A DNA stretch of 64,000 nt from Tubulanus polymorphus (taxonomy: Eukaryota; Animalia; Nemertea), in contig NC_134029.1 in assembly GCF_964204645.1 (NCBI RefSeq), positions 9,822,850 through 9,886,849 of the forward strand, given 5' to 3'. This document shows positions 1-12,700 of this stretch, piece by piece. Below the pieces are notes generated by a model. The model was not told the origin of the DNA, did not search any database, and was given only the letters and a program-made list of their open reading frames with translations. The position numbers were made by a program, and so were the translations under genes. Numbering within the stretch: the stretch's first letter is position 1; each line of letters starts with the position of its first letter.

Positions 1-792
1 ACAACCCATCCGTCAGTATTCGATTGAATCTAGTTAGAAAAATATGGCCGAGACGTTGCCATGGCTTCTGAAGGGAAAACTGTCGACATTCGACTACTCA
101 ATACCAGTGACAAACGATTTGAGGCCATGTATACCCGATGAATTAAGATGCCATTGGACTACCAGAAACACGTTTCGTCCACAACCAGCGCTGAACAACC
201 GGCTGAATATTGACAGAGGCCAGATTGAATTAATCCAGTCAGCGTGAGAAAATATTTGTATAATACGTTTAGGTTTTCGCCTGCATTGACCATGACGATT
301 CAGCTACGATTGTGTAAGTATGCAGCTAGTGGATATAGAGGGATTAAGTGTTTTCGGTGCAATAATTCATAACCTATTAAAGATATCAATTTTTTGCTGC
401 GCAACAATGGTTCATGGAGCAGAAAGCCGTATCGTAAACGACTAAAAGCTTCCTTAGCGCATCATTATTACTAGTAATCATGACTGAAAAAAAAACAGTG
501 AGGTCTAAAGCTGGTATGCTGTTCCCTGGAAGTCAATAACCCCCAAAACAATGTGACCGTCAATGTGACAATGTACCTATTCAGTACATGTAAGGATATC
601 AATATATCTATCCTTTGCTCACTGGAATTAGAGCGACATCGTGTCGATTCGAGTAAGAAATACATATTTTCAATGTTAGAATACAGAAGACTGGAGGATC
701 GTACCAAAACGGTACCGTTATCGAAGTGGAGTAGTTTTGTAGTGGCGGGGGTTACGACTTGTTGAAGTAGATGGGAAATAAAATGGCCTTAC

Positions 793-3700
793 GTAGAATA
801 AGCCACCATTGGCGTGCGGTTGTGATAAAGCCTCGCGATATTCATCCAAGCGTGCGAATAGCCCGGGTACTAACACACTCCACATTCCTGCAAGACAGTG
901 GACGGGCACGACACCTAAAATCGATAAAAACAGAAATGTCATAGAAATCGATTTTCGTGAGGTTTTTTAATTAAGAAATAAGATACCATAAAGCATTATT
1001 TGTCCCAACTTTCAACAAAAAGACAATCAATCATTGTACACATGTATGATATATTTCACGGTGATTGGCCTCGTTAAAGATAAAAAAGATGAAGGTTAAC
1101 AGTTCTAATTTTACGTCTCCCTGGATGGTAGAAGATGGGTATAATCGAACATCGGGCAAGCTAGTCATATATTCCTTTTCAACAGATTCACCAAATTGAA
1201 ATACATTTGTAACACCTACATTATCTACACCACTGCTTCTCTAAAAGACATGAGGTGGATTCACAAAATTGATTCAAGTTGCATTTTGAGGAAATTTGTA
1301 CTAGACGGTTGTCTTTAGAGCGTTTCATTGCGAGACGTGCTAGATTTTGAGCATGATCTTTTAACCTTCGGCGACCTCGTGGTCAACTAATCAAGTTTAT
1401 TCTTGATACCAACCTGTAGCATACATCAAGACAACTAAATGAGAGGTCATGTAGTCATAGGGTGTTTCAATGAAGAGCTATTATCAATTTAGTTTTCCCT
1501 GTGCCCAAGATATTCTGTTTCGGTGATATATATGCGGACACGAATATTACAAAAAAAGTATCTAGAGAATTTGTGAAATTTTGAATTGAGATGTTCAATA
1601 ACAGTTTTTGGGTGTCCAGGACATTCCCTATATCGATGCGTCTAAAAGTGGGGCGGCTTGACGTGATGTAGATGGTCAGCTATCTATTTGATGGTTGAAC
1701 CGGACATAATCCGTTGCCTAAGCAACCTTTCAAGGGACAAATCTCCCATAATCGGATAATTAGACGAACATGAAAATGACGAAAATGATGCAATACCACA
1801 AAAATGGTACATCAAAGCAAAGGTTACTTCAAAGAGCTAAGGCGATACGGTGAACTAGAGCGATGGGAAGTACGAAAATGAGGAATAATGCTATAGATTA
1901 GTAATCACTAATCGAATCCACAAATAAGACAAATAGTTAACGAAACCCATATATTCAAGCAAATAGCAACACATTATCAAATCAATTGAAACTTAAGTTA
2001 TGAAGTTCATTAAATGAACTTCATTACTTTTCTAATTTTGCTATACTTGGCGTGGCATCAGTATATATGATAAGGGAACAGAATGGACTTACCAACTGGG
2101 TCGTCAATTTTGAGCTTTACTAATATTATTTCGCATAAAACAGCTATCGTAGCTCCAATTACTCCTATAATATACCCTTCCCAGGGTTCGGCTAATGCAC
2201 AGAATCCTAGAATAGGACAAGAGTATAGACATAATGACATGATTTTTCTATTTGGCTATCAGGAACTGGTCGAGGATACAATTTTTGGTTCGTATCTTAT
2301 CAATCAATCTCCCGAGGGATTGCCATCTACTTGATGCGCGACCAACTGCATTTTCAGTAGTATTATGAATTTTGTCTGCGCAGGATCTGTTGACCGAAGC
2401 GCGGGCATCAGGGTATATAGCCTATGTTTTTGGTAATCACTGATGATGGGAAGATAACCCAGAAGGGCTGGAAGAATGAACGCAAGCGCGAGGTATCGGC
2501 AAGGCAGGTAATGATATATAACTGATTGATGTTAGAGGTATACCTGTTATGCCGACTAATGAACCAAGTATTCCATTGATAGTAAACGCTATGTTAAATT
2601 TTCGCTTCAACAGAATGTAACTGAAATATAGTACATATGGCATATGTATACATATGTATATATGGCAAAACTGTAAATGCAAGGGTAAAACATTAGAAAT
2701 TATGTACAAATCACGTAAATTCGTAAGAGCGTAAGTTGCAATTAGATCAAGCATAATTTGGAAATGGTTATTCCAGGAGTCCACCAGGTTTGTTCTGAAT
2801 AATAACCCATGCTTGTATGAAATCCAATCATCAAATTATCAAAAATAAAAAACAAACTTGACATACATTCAATCGGTCATCTGCACTATTCTGCAAACGA
2901 CATTGTGTTGTTATTCCCAGCCTGAAGGACTAACGCGATCGTTTTGCACTCGTCGTTAATCTGAATTGCTCGTTCAGTAATATCGATAAATAAGAGACGT
3001 TTAGTGGAATCTATATACTCACCTTACCAACATACCGACCATCCCTCCAGCCATGGATGCAGTTATTGTGGACACTGCCGACCTGAAGAAAATGGGATTC
3101 ATGTCGATTTTTACACAAATGTAGAAATTATTTCGAGAAGTCGACACAAAAATGATCGTAGTCCTTTCTCGGCCAGATGATATTATTATGAAAAAAACTG
3201 TAGAAATGAATGAAGAGTGCTTCCGGTTAATAAAATTCTTAATGTGACAGGATGGAGATCTTGGGAAAACTCATAGGCATTGCATACGTTATCAAACTTT
3301 TCCCACATCCAAATACAAAACCGATCATCGTAAAGTTTTGTCAATGATATGCTAATGACTGCATATCATAGCGGGATAGGGATTAACCCTGATTTTAACG
3401 CCACATTAAAAAGAACTAAGTTGATTTTAACGTGGCATTAGAATGAAAAGTTAGTTTTAACGTGGCTTAAGAAGAAAAGTGAAATATTGAGTAAGAGACG
3501 GAGTGTCATATCTTTTCAAATGGCCGAATCAGCCACCAAAGGTTTGTCAACTACCTGGTAGAAGTGTTGACGGGAAACCTGAAGTTTTTTTAACCTGAAT
3601 CGACTGCGTGTCTCTGCATGAGGTGAGTGTGAACTTACCTGGCTGCCAATTTCCATTTCATGCCAGATATACCGAATGTACTGCCGCAGTTAAATCCCAA

Positions 3701-6700
3701 CCAGCCCCACCTGCAATGTATATTTGAAAATATTTAGATTTAATCGACAAAGATGTAACAGAATATCAATATGGCGGCTTAGAGTCAGACGCACAAATTT
3801 CGTGCTCGTTATATTTTCTCAATAATCGTTGTCCAAGTGATCGTAAGACAATGGATGCTGTGCAAGAATCGTTATTTATAAGAGAGAATTCTGTTAAATT
3901 CAGCCTCAGTCAGTTTGGGAAGCAGAAGTTAGGACATCTGGATGTAGTAAATGCGTTAGCGAAATATAAAATTGACGTGAGTAAAATCCTGTCGATTCAG
4001 TTAACTAACTCTAACTGTATAATCACAGCCACTGACAAGGAAACAAAAAATCGTTTATCAAAGCTCCAACTTGTTATCATGGATCGGCAAGTTAATTTCA
4101 CCGATGTGGATGTTAATTACATCAATGTTAAGATAGTTGACGCTCCATGAAATGGACGACAAGGTGATCGTTGCGTTTTTATTGAAATACGGAGATTACG
4201 TGGACGGATCAATTAAAAGAGGTGTTATAAAAGGAACTCAGATATTTACAGGTACAAGGTATCTCCAGCTTCGTAACCTTGCAAACGTTATGCCGACATT
4301 TACAAAAATTGGAAACTTTCCAGTGAGATTGTATTGCGACTCTATATGTCAACTCTGTCTGAATTGTGATCACAATTCTTCAAATTGCCCGCGCCGACCG
4401 AACAATCGTTTATGTCACAACTGTAAATCGGCAGATCATTTTAAACGCGATTGTCCGTTGTTGAATGACCATGCTAAACAAGAGAGTATTGGTCACCCGG
4501 TCACTGAAAGAGCTAATCTCCCAGGACCTGAAAGCACGCAAACAAGTGTAGAATCCGATAGAAACCAATCGCCTGATGTTGTTATTATTGGAGATTCGAA
4601 CATGCGAGATCTCCAGTATCAACATAGCAGCAGCGCTGTCATCCACCATTCTGGAGCAGCCGCTGAAAATATTCAGTCGCTTTTAGAAAAAGCATCATCC
4701 CAAATACCGAATCTAGAATCCGTTAAGGAGGTCATCGTTCACATTGGCACCAATGACGTCAATCGCAACAAGTCCGATACCGATGCTATCAAAATGAACA
4801 TTACCTTCGCCATCGCCAAAGTTCAGGAAAACTTTCCTTCCGCAAAAATATCACTTTCAAGTATCTTCCCTAAGAAAGGGAACTCAAACGCTGCGAGGGA
4901 TTTCAATACTGCCGCCTGCGCAGTTAATTCATACATGGGGCGATTCTGCTCCAAACAGAACATCCTATTCATTGATAATGACATCATTCTGAAACCCCAC
5001 GGGGCTTTAAGAGATAGGTTTTACAACATTAGTGACAAATCGGGGATTCATTTGAACGAACTCGGGAAATCAACTGTTGCGAAGAACTTTGAAACGATGA
5101 TCACTGCGATTACTACTGAAAACCACACTGAAGTTTTCAGTACCCCTGTGAATACAACGAAAAGAAAAGATCGATCTGAATCACAGACGCCACCAAGCGC
5201 AGGGAAAATAACCAAAAAGCCTTATATCGATGATGATCAATAACTATATTTGTACATGTTATGCATGACATTCCAGACCTGATAGATAATTGTAATTACT
5301 ATTTTTCGTCCGATTTCAACTTGAAATCGCACGATGACTTATTTAGTGTGTTTCATTCTAACATCCGAAGTGCCAAGAAAAATTTCTACTCGTTAGCTGA
5401 CTACCTACATTTATTAAAGTTCAAATTTTCTGTAATCGGTCTGACTGAAACGTGGACTGATACTAATCACCCAAATGAATGTTTATATAATCTGCCTGGC
5501 TATTCCGGTGTTTACCAGAGCAGGCTTAAGAAAAAAGGAGGCGGAGTTGGTATTCTGGTTAATAATACTATTCCGTTTAAACGAAGGGAAGACCTCCATT
5601 TAGCAGAATCTCTCTTTATAGAGATTCCACAAAGTAAATCATGCATGAAAACTGTTATCGGCGTTGTATATCGTGCACCTGATACAAGTATAGCGGCACT
5701 TTTACCTGATTTTGAACAATTTGTAAGCCAAGTCGACAATGAAAAGCTACGTGTTATTCTATTAGGTGACTTTAATATTGATTTCGGTAAATACGGTGAT
5801 AATTCACCAAATGATTCTTTCTTTAACTATGCAATAAGTAATTCTTTTTTCCCGCATATAAATTTACCAACTCGAGTAACAGATACTACATCAACTGTTA
5901 TTGACAATATATTGACCAATTTTAACGACAATTGCCAATCTCAAAGTGGTGTTTTCTTAGTTGATATATCAGACCACTACCCAATTTTTGCTAGTTTTAA
6001 CGGTATCTATAAAAGACATAAAACAAGTAATAATACTAAGTTAATCCATGATATAAATCCTAGGACCATTGAAAATTTCTCCCGTTCTTTGCTGACCAAT
6101 GATTGGCAAAGTGTGTACGAGTATAGTGACCCTGAAGCGTCATGCACGGAATTTTATAAGATTATTAACAATTGTTTTGAGACGAGTTTTCCAATTAAAT
6201 CTATACGTGATAAATCAAATTATAGCCATAAGCCGTGGATTACCACGGGAATAAAAAAATCGATCCGTTTCAAGGAAAAACTGTATAAAAAGTACTTACG
6301 AAAACGGACTAAAGAGAGGAAAGATAAATATAATAGACATAGAAATATTCTTAATTCTGTCATCAAGAAGAGTAAATATTCATTTTATAGGGACAAATTT
6401 ATAGCATGTAAATTAAACCCTAGAGAAATATGGCGAAACGTTAATTCTTTACTTAACAAAGGTAAACAAAATCCTGAGATTAACTCAGAATTTCTTCTTA
6501 ATGATAAAGTTCTAAAAAATGAGCAAGATGATGCTGAAAGTTTCAATGAGTATTTTGTAAACGCTGCGCGGTCATTGGAATCTCAAATACCAATTTCCGA
6601 GAAAAACTTTAAAGATTACTTAGGTGAAAATGTATGTGAAAATTTTTTCCTCTCACCAACATGTACCCAGGAAATTGAATTAATTGTCTCTAATTTCAAG

Positions 6701-9700
6701 TCAAAACCTTCAAGTGGCTTTGATAACATAAGTATGAAGTTACTTAAATCGATTATTTCTATAATTTCACAACCTCTATGCCATATATTCAATTGCAGTT
6801 TCACTTCAGGGCAAGTGCCCAGTGCATTCAAAATAGCTCATGTTACTCCAATCTATAAAAGTGGAAATAATAATCTATTCAGTAATTACCGCCCTATTTC
6901 CGTCTTGCCGTCTATATCAAAAATATTGGAAAAAATCGTATATGACAGACTTAACAAATTTTTTGAAAAACTCAAACTTTTTAATCAACACCAATTTGGT
7001 TTCAGGAAAAATTACTCAACTACACTCGCTTTATCTCTCATTACCAATAAATTATCTAGTGCCCTTGATAAGGGCCTTTTTACTGCAGGGGTATTTATTG
7101 ACCTGTCAAAGGCATTTGACACCCTTAAGTTTGATATCCTGATTTCTAAACTTGAGCACTATGGAATTCGTGGCATTCCGCTAAACTGGTTTCAAAGTTA
7201 TATCACAGGTCGAAAACAAGCGGTCAAGTATAAAAATACTTTATCCTTAACTGCGGATATAACATCCGGTGTTCCACAAGGTTCCATACTAGGACCTATT
7301 TTGTTTCTAGTATACATAAACGACTGTCCTAATGCTTGTAAATTATTAGACTCTATATTTTTTGCTGACGATAGCAACTTTTTTTGTAGTAACTCTAATT
7401 ATAAAAAGTTAGAGGGCATTCTTAAGCGAGAGTTAAATCAGCTCCTCAACTGGTTCAGAGCGAATCGCCTTTCCGTTAATATAGATAAAACAAATTACAT
7501 TATTTTTGGCAACAGATTTTTTCCGGATCTAAATATACGCTTAGATGGTCAACCGATAAAAAGAGTAACAAGCACAAAATTTCAGGCATAATTTTTGATC
7601 AAAATTTAACATGGAAGGAACACATCAATTTTGTTTGTAAAAAAGTCTCACGTGGCATTGGCATCATTAACCGGTTGAAAAATTACTTATCTCCAGACAT
7701 TTTGAAAAATTTATACCATTGTTTTGTCCATTCACATTTGGATTATGCCAATGTTATATGGGGAAATGCTTGTTGTACCTATTTAAACCCTCTTTTTGTT
7801 CTCCAGAAAAGAGCAATACGTACTGTAACGCGTTCTGACTGGTTAGAACACACGTCTCCAATTTTCAAAAGACTCAAAATCCTGAAATTTTGTGATATTT
7901 ATAAACAACAGCTTGGAACTTTCACCTTCTGTCAAATTAATAATTTGTTACCTGACCTTTTTGAAGACTTCTTCATTTTTCGGCGTACTAGACCTAATTG
8001 GCGCAACACGCGCAGAATCAATGATCTTTTCATCGAATTTTCCAAAACTAATATAAAATCTAGAAGTATTAAAATTCAAGGTGCAAAATACTGGAACAAT
8101 CTACCATCTGAATTGAAAAATCAGCCCCATTTAAGTATATTTCGTTACAGTCTCAGAAGTCTGCTCTTGTCTAATTACTAGTAACCATAATTGTGTGTTC
8201 TGACTTCAAGTCTAATTTATATTTATATCTTTTAGAGTGTCTCTAGTAACGTATGTGTGTGGTGTGCGTATGATTGCGAGAATGTGAGCGTATGTGGTGA
8301 GGGATTTCAGACTAGTATAAGCCTTATTGGCTTTTCTTCAATTCCTCGCATAAATTATTGTTACACCGACTATATATTATGTAATAACTATTATGTTATA
8401 ATCCTTGTACCAATTATTTATGCAAAATAAATCAAATCAAATCAAATCAGAAAAGTAAATGCTGAAGATGTCTCAATATGTTTGCATATGTGTGAAATAC
8501 TGACCAAAGCATGAACATTCCTAGCAAAGCATTAGTAGGTGAGCCCATTTGAGGATTGGATGGGTTGTCTTTATCAAATCGACCACGTCGGGGCTTCAGC
8601 ATTAGTGTTGCAATCAATCCAGTTGTTCCACCAACTAGATGAACTGGTCCAGCACCTGCAATGTCGATGAACCCCAACTCGAATAACCATCCGTGTTTAG
8701 CCCACACCCAATGGGCCGGAAAGCAAAATACTAGTGTATTGAGCAGAGAAAATACAATGTATGCCTCCAACTTGATTCGTTCTGCCATAGCCCCTGAAAT
8801 GAATGATATCATAATCAGTGAAGAACTGATCTAGTTCATCGAGTTGACTCGATACTGTCTGTATTCAGGACCAGGGAATTTGAAAGTCGTTCCTGGGAAA
8901 ACACACAATTCACCAAATCGAGCGGTATTTCGAGTTAGCCTTTCGTAAGAAAGGGTCCGCCGTTGTTTGTCACAAACTGCATTGAGTTCCCGGGATGAAC
9001 GTATATCCAATCAGATTGGAAAAATGCATTAAGTACGTAGAAAAGGTGACAAAGTCACGTTCTATACCCATAGGGAGGAGATTTCTGCTTACCGGATACA
9101 ATTGTGGTGGCTGTAGTGGCGAAACTGGCCTGGAAAAAGAACTTTGAATAAACCCAGCCTATTTCAGTTGAATTATTGGTCATGACAAAAAAGTTTCCCC
9201 AGCCGGTAAACGGGTTGCTCCACGTTTCACCGAAGCTGAACGCGTAACCGAAAATCCAGTAAGTGAATCCCCCAAATATGACATCAGCCGCATTCTTCAC
9301 CATTATATTGACTTCATTTTTAGGAGTTACCGATCCACTCTCGAGTAAACCAAATCCTGAAATAGATTAGAAAATATATTATATCAATGGCTGATACGAG
9401 GCTGTCCATAAAAGACGTCCACACAAAATTGCAAAATTTTGACCACCTCCACCCTTTACCATGGAATACCTACATTGCGCTTTTCCCCTACCCTTTGTCC
9501 AAATAGCAATCAAAGACATTGGATATCCAGTCATCCAAAATAAGTTTTTTTTTCATTCTTGTAATTATCTATTAAACATTCTGGACAACAGTTTGTAATT
9601 ACATACATCATCGTGAAAAGATGTGTGAACTATTTCTGCTCAAATTCGAAGTTGAAGTAATCATCCATGTAATGCACTAAATGATTTATTCTGGCTTACC

Positions 9701-12700
9701 GGAATTAAGCAGGAATTCCAGATCCAAACAACCCCCCCTTGTCCACAAAAGTCCAAAGTTCACAAAACCTTCTCCACCTCGAGCATCTTTTATCGACAGC
9801 CCCTAAATGATATCGCGCATTATAAACCTTTGAAGCCGATGAAGATGGCAATGTTGCATTCTCAAAATTCTATTCTTTTTACGCCACCTTGTATCAACGA
9901 AAAAAATGAAGAAGGAACTTACGCCCCATAAAATCGAAATGCAATGAGAGAACTTTTGACATTGTATTTGCGTTCCGAATGTAAGTGATACGAACTGATT
10001 GACGAGACGATTTCAACCGCTTCGAAAACGCTTTCAATTTCTTTAAAAATCTGTTTTCGTTCCCGAAATAATTACAATTGACAGAAATAATTGACGTACA
10101 AGGTGCTCTTTTGTATAATGTATCATTTCTTATTCATTGAAATAATATCAACGGTGAATCAAACCAGCATTATCAACTATTTTCAAACAATATATGTAGA
10201 GAGAGAGTTCCTTGCTGTGAGATTTAAAAATTCTATTTACAATCTATTACTATTATCGTAATCATCATTATTACCACTTCATCATCAAATACTTCATCCG
10301 GGTATGTTTCACTCATAATTGGTTAGGTACAAAAATTTCTTTTATCAGTAAAAAGTTTTGATAATAACACACTAAATGATATCCTTAACGCCATCAATTG
10401 TGTATTTAAGAAAACAGTTATTTCAAAATTGTGATAGTTCAAAGCCATTCCTTTTCTCCAACATATTTCTCACCCACCTGACTGCATCGTGAATATGACG
10501 AACGAACACGAAAGTATCCAAGACACGTCGTTCGAAAAATCATCGCTAGTTTCTAAACTACTGTTGTTTGCAATACAGCTATCACAAGTCCAATTAACGC
10601 ATCGTGGCATTGTGATTTACAGTGAAGCTAGAGTCAAAACTTTTAATTGGCCGGCATTTGCACCTAATCTTAGCAGGGGCCTTGTTGCAGCCTGAAATAA
10701 AAATGTGCTCGTACCACGAGCGACTCAGTAATTGAAGATACAAATAGATGCAAAATGGCTGGGTGGTCTACAGCTTAGTGATTACCTTGCTGAATTGTCC
10801 ATATAATTCGTCGAGTTCGTTGCGTTAAATATTAATTAATATGAAATTGTGGTGTATATTCTAACGGCCGGATGCCGCAAACGGAAATTCATTAGACGAG
10901 GATAGGCCGGCTACACTGGTTGCGACAATAACCTGTATCATATCATTATGAAATAAAATCATAAACGGGCTAGATGAAATTATCGCTGAGGTGCAAGTGG
11001 ACAAATGTGATTCCAATTAAACTGAGAGTTGATACTGTAACCATGGTGAAGATCAGTTGGGCTCTTCGAAACGAGTACGAAATGACGTTGAACATTTCAG
11101 GTCTCGGGATAAAAGTTGCGGGTTAAATTTGACTCATACGGCTACAGAAAGCTGTTATCGCTCCTTTCAGCATTCCCGTCGCATGTTATCATTGTTGACT
11201 ACCAACGCTTCATAAATGCTTCGTACATCCCGCATTATCAAGGTTCACAGTTATGGAAGCAAGTTTGCATATTTAATGTAGATATATCACATATTTCAGG
11301 GGTGGATCTTAGGGTTCTTTCGGGGTCTGGAATTTGTCTAGGATTTAGATAAGCCGTCAGCAAGGAGTAACATTTTATGAGAATTCCTCTTCTTGCGCAA
11401 ACATCATACTTTTCTCACAATAATGCTCTGCATTGTATCATTCTAAGGTTCATTTCTTACATACATGCATTTTAGAACACTACATAGCTTTTTGTGATTT
11501 TTTAAAACGGGTCAAGTATATGATTTTCAAGATTAACGCTCATTTCATTCAGTACAGTTCCCTCGGGTTGACAATCATCAACACGCGATAATAAAATGCC
11601 TAATAACGGCGGCATTTTTAATTGGCTTCACAGCGTGGAGAATGACAATATTTTCTATGTGAATAATTCAAAGGGAAATATTGGGTAAATTGAATATAAC
11701 TGATACTAACTCGAATCGATCAGCGCATAAATCGAAACATCGCACCTTATGAAGTGAAAGCAGTTTGATGGGGATATGTTAGTATCGAAATTGAAATATT
11801 TCAAATAGCGCAGGCAACTAACTATCTTTTATCCGTATAAACAATATTTGTCCTCCTAAGTATTGCAGCCAATGGCGATGATTCAGGTTTACTTTATAAT
11901 TGGCCTTTAACAATTCTAACAGGCAATAAATACGTTTTAAGTCAAAAATAGAATGGAATCGAATATTAAGATGTTGAAAAGACTTCATTTGTCGTCGACA
12001 TTGTCAAATCGTTACGATGAAATGTCGTCTGCGATGTACGGTAATCGTTGTTACGAGAGATAACAGCAATCTGTGAATATAAACTACGATAAACGACGTG
12101 AGACCACACGTCCTGGAGAGATTCCAATGGGTCCGAATGCGATTAAAAAAAAGAAAAAGAACGCAACAGAGATCAGATACTTCCTCAAATTCTACGTAAT
12201 TGTGATGACTCGTTCGCCTAGAGCTAAATTTTAAATGAATTATCCATCCTGCTCCCGAGGAGTAAGGTGGCTGATTGGGGACAAGACTCCACGATCGTAT
12301 ATAAGAGAAGTCTTTTCTTTAGTGTATGGTCTATTCGCGTTCACGGGTCTTAAGAGAAAATGGCAGATCCGTCCTTGATTTGCATTTACAAAACAGCCAC
12401 CATAGCTGCTCAACGAAGTTCTCATCCAACTTTTCAGATTCTGGGAGAGGGGACGGAGAAGCTCCGGCGATCTCGGTCTGTGGCCACTAACCCAGGCAAA
12501 TTTCCATTTTGCTACATCATCGTTATATCGTTAGTGCACATCAAATTGCAATTACAAATATATGAATGTCATCATGGTTTAAACCTAACTTCAACATAAT
12601 ACATATACAATGTATGTACATAGAGGTCTTGCAGAATCTCGCAGAGGTCTGCTAGGTTGCAGCTATGCGCTTTTTCGAAGTGACTACGCCGTATTGGTTG

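Larger units (their letters stand above)
3771..8447 (+). mobile_element. Near full-length CR1/L2-group non-LTR retrotransposon, antisense within Amt intron 3711-8504
   Basis: ORF1 followed by ORF2 (APE endonuclease and RT), a 3' UTR stem-loop, and an (AAATC)n tail ending near 8447. The 5' boundary is approximate and no clear TSD was seen. Confidence 0.93.

Noticed and set aside
4137-4154. TGA-A-ATG stop/start junction in LINE ORF1 as programmed reinitiation or frameshifting
   Set aside because: It splits a continuous DAP.EM motif and has no slippery site. A small deletion or sequencing error is simpler.
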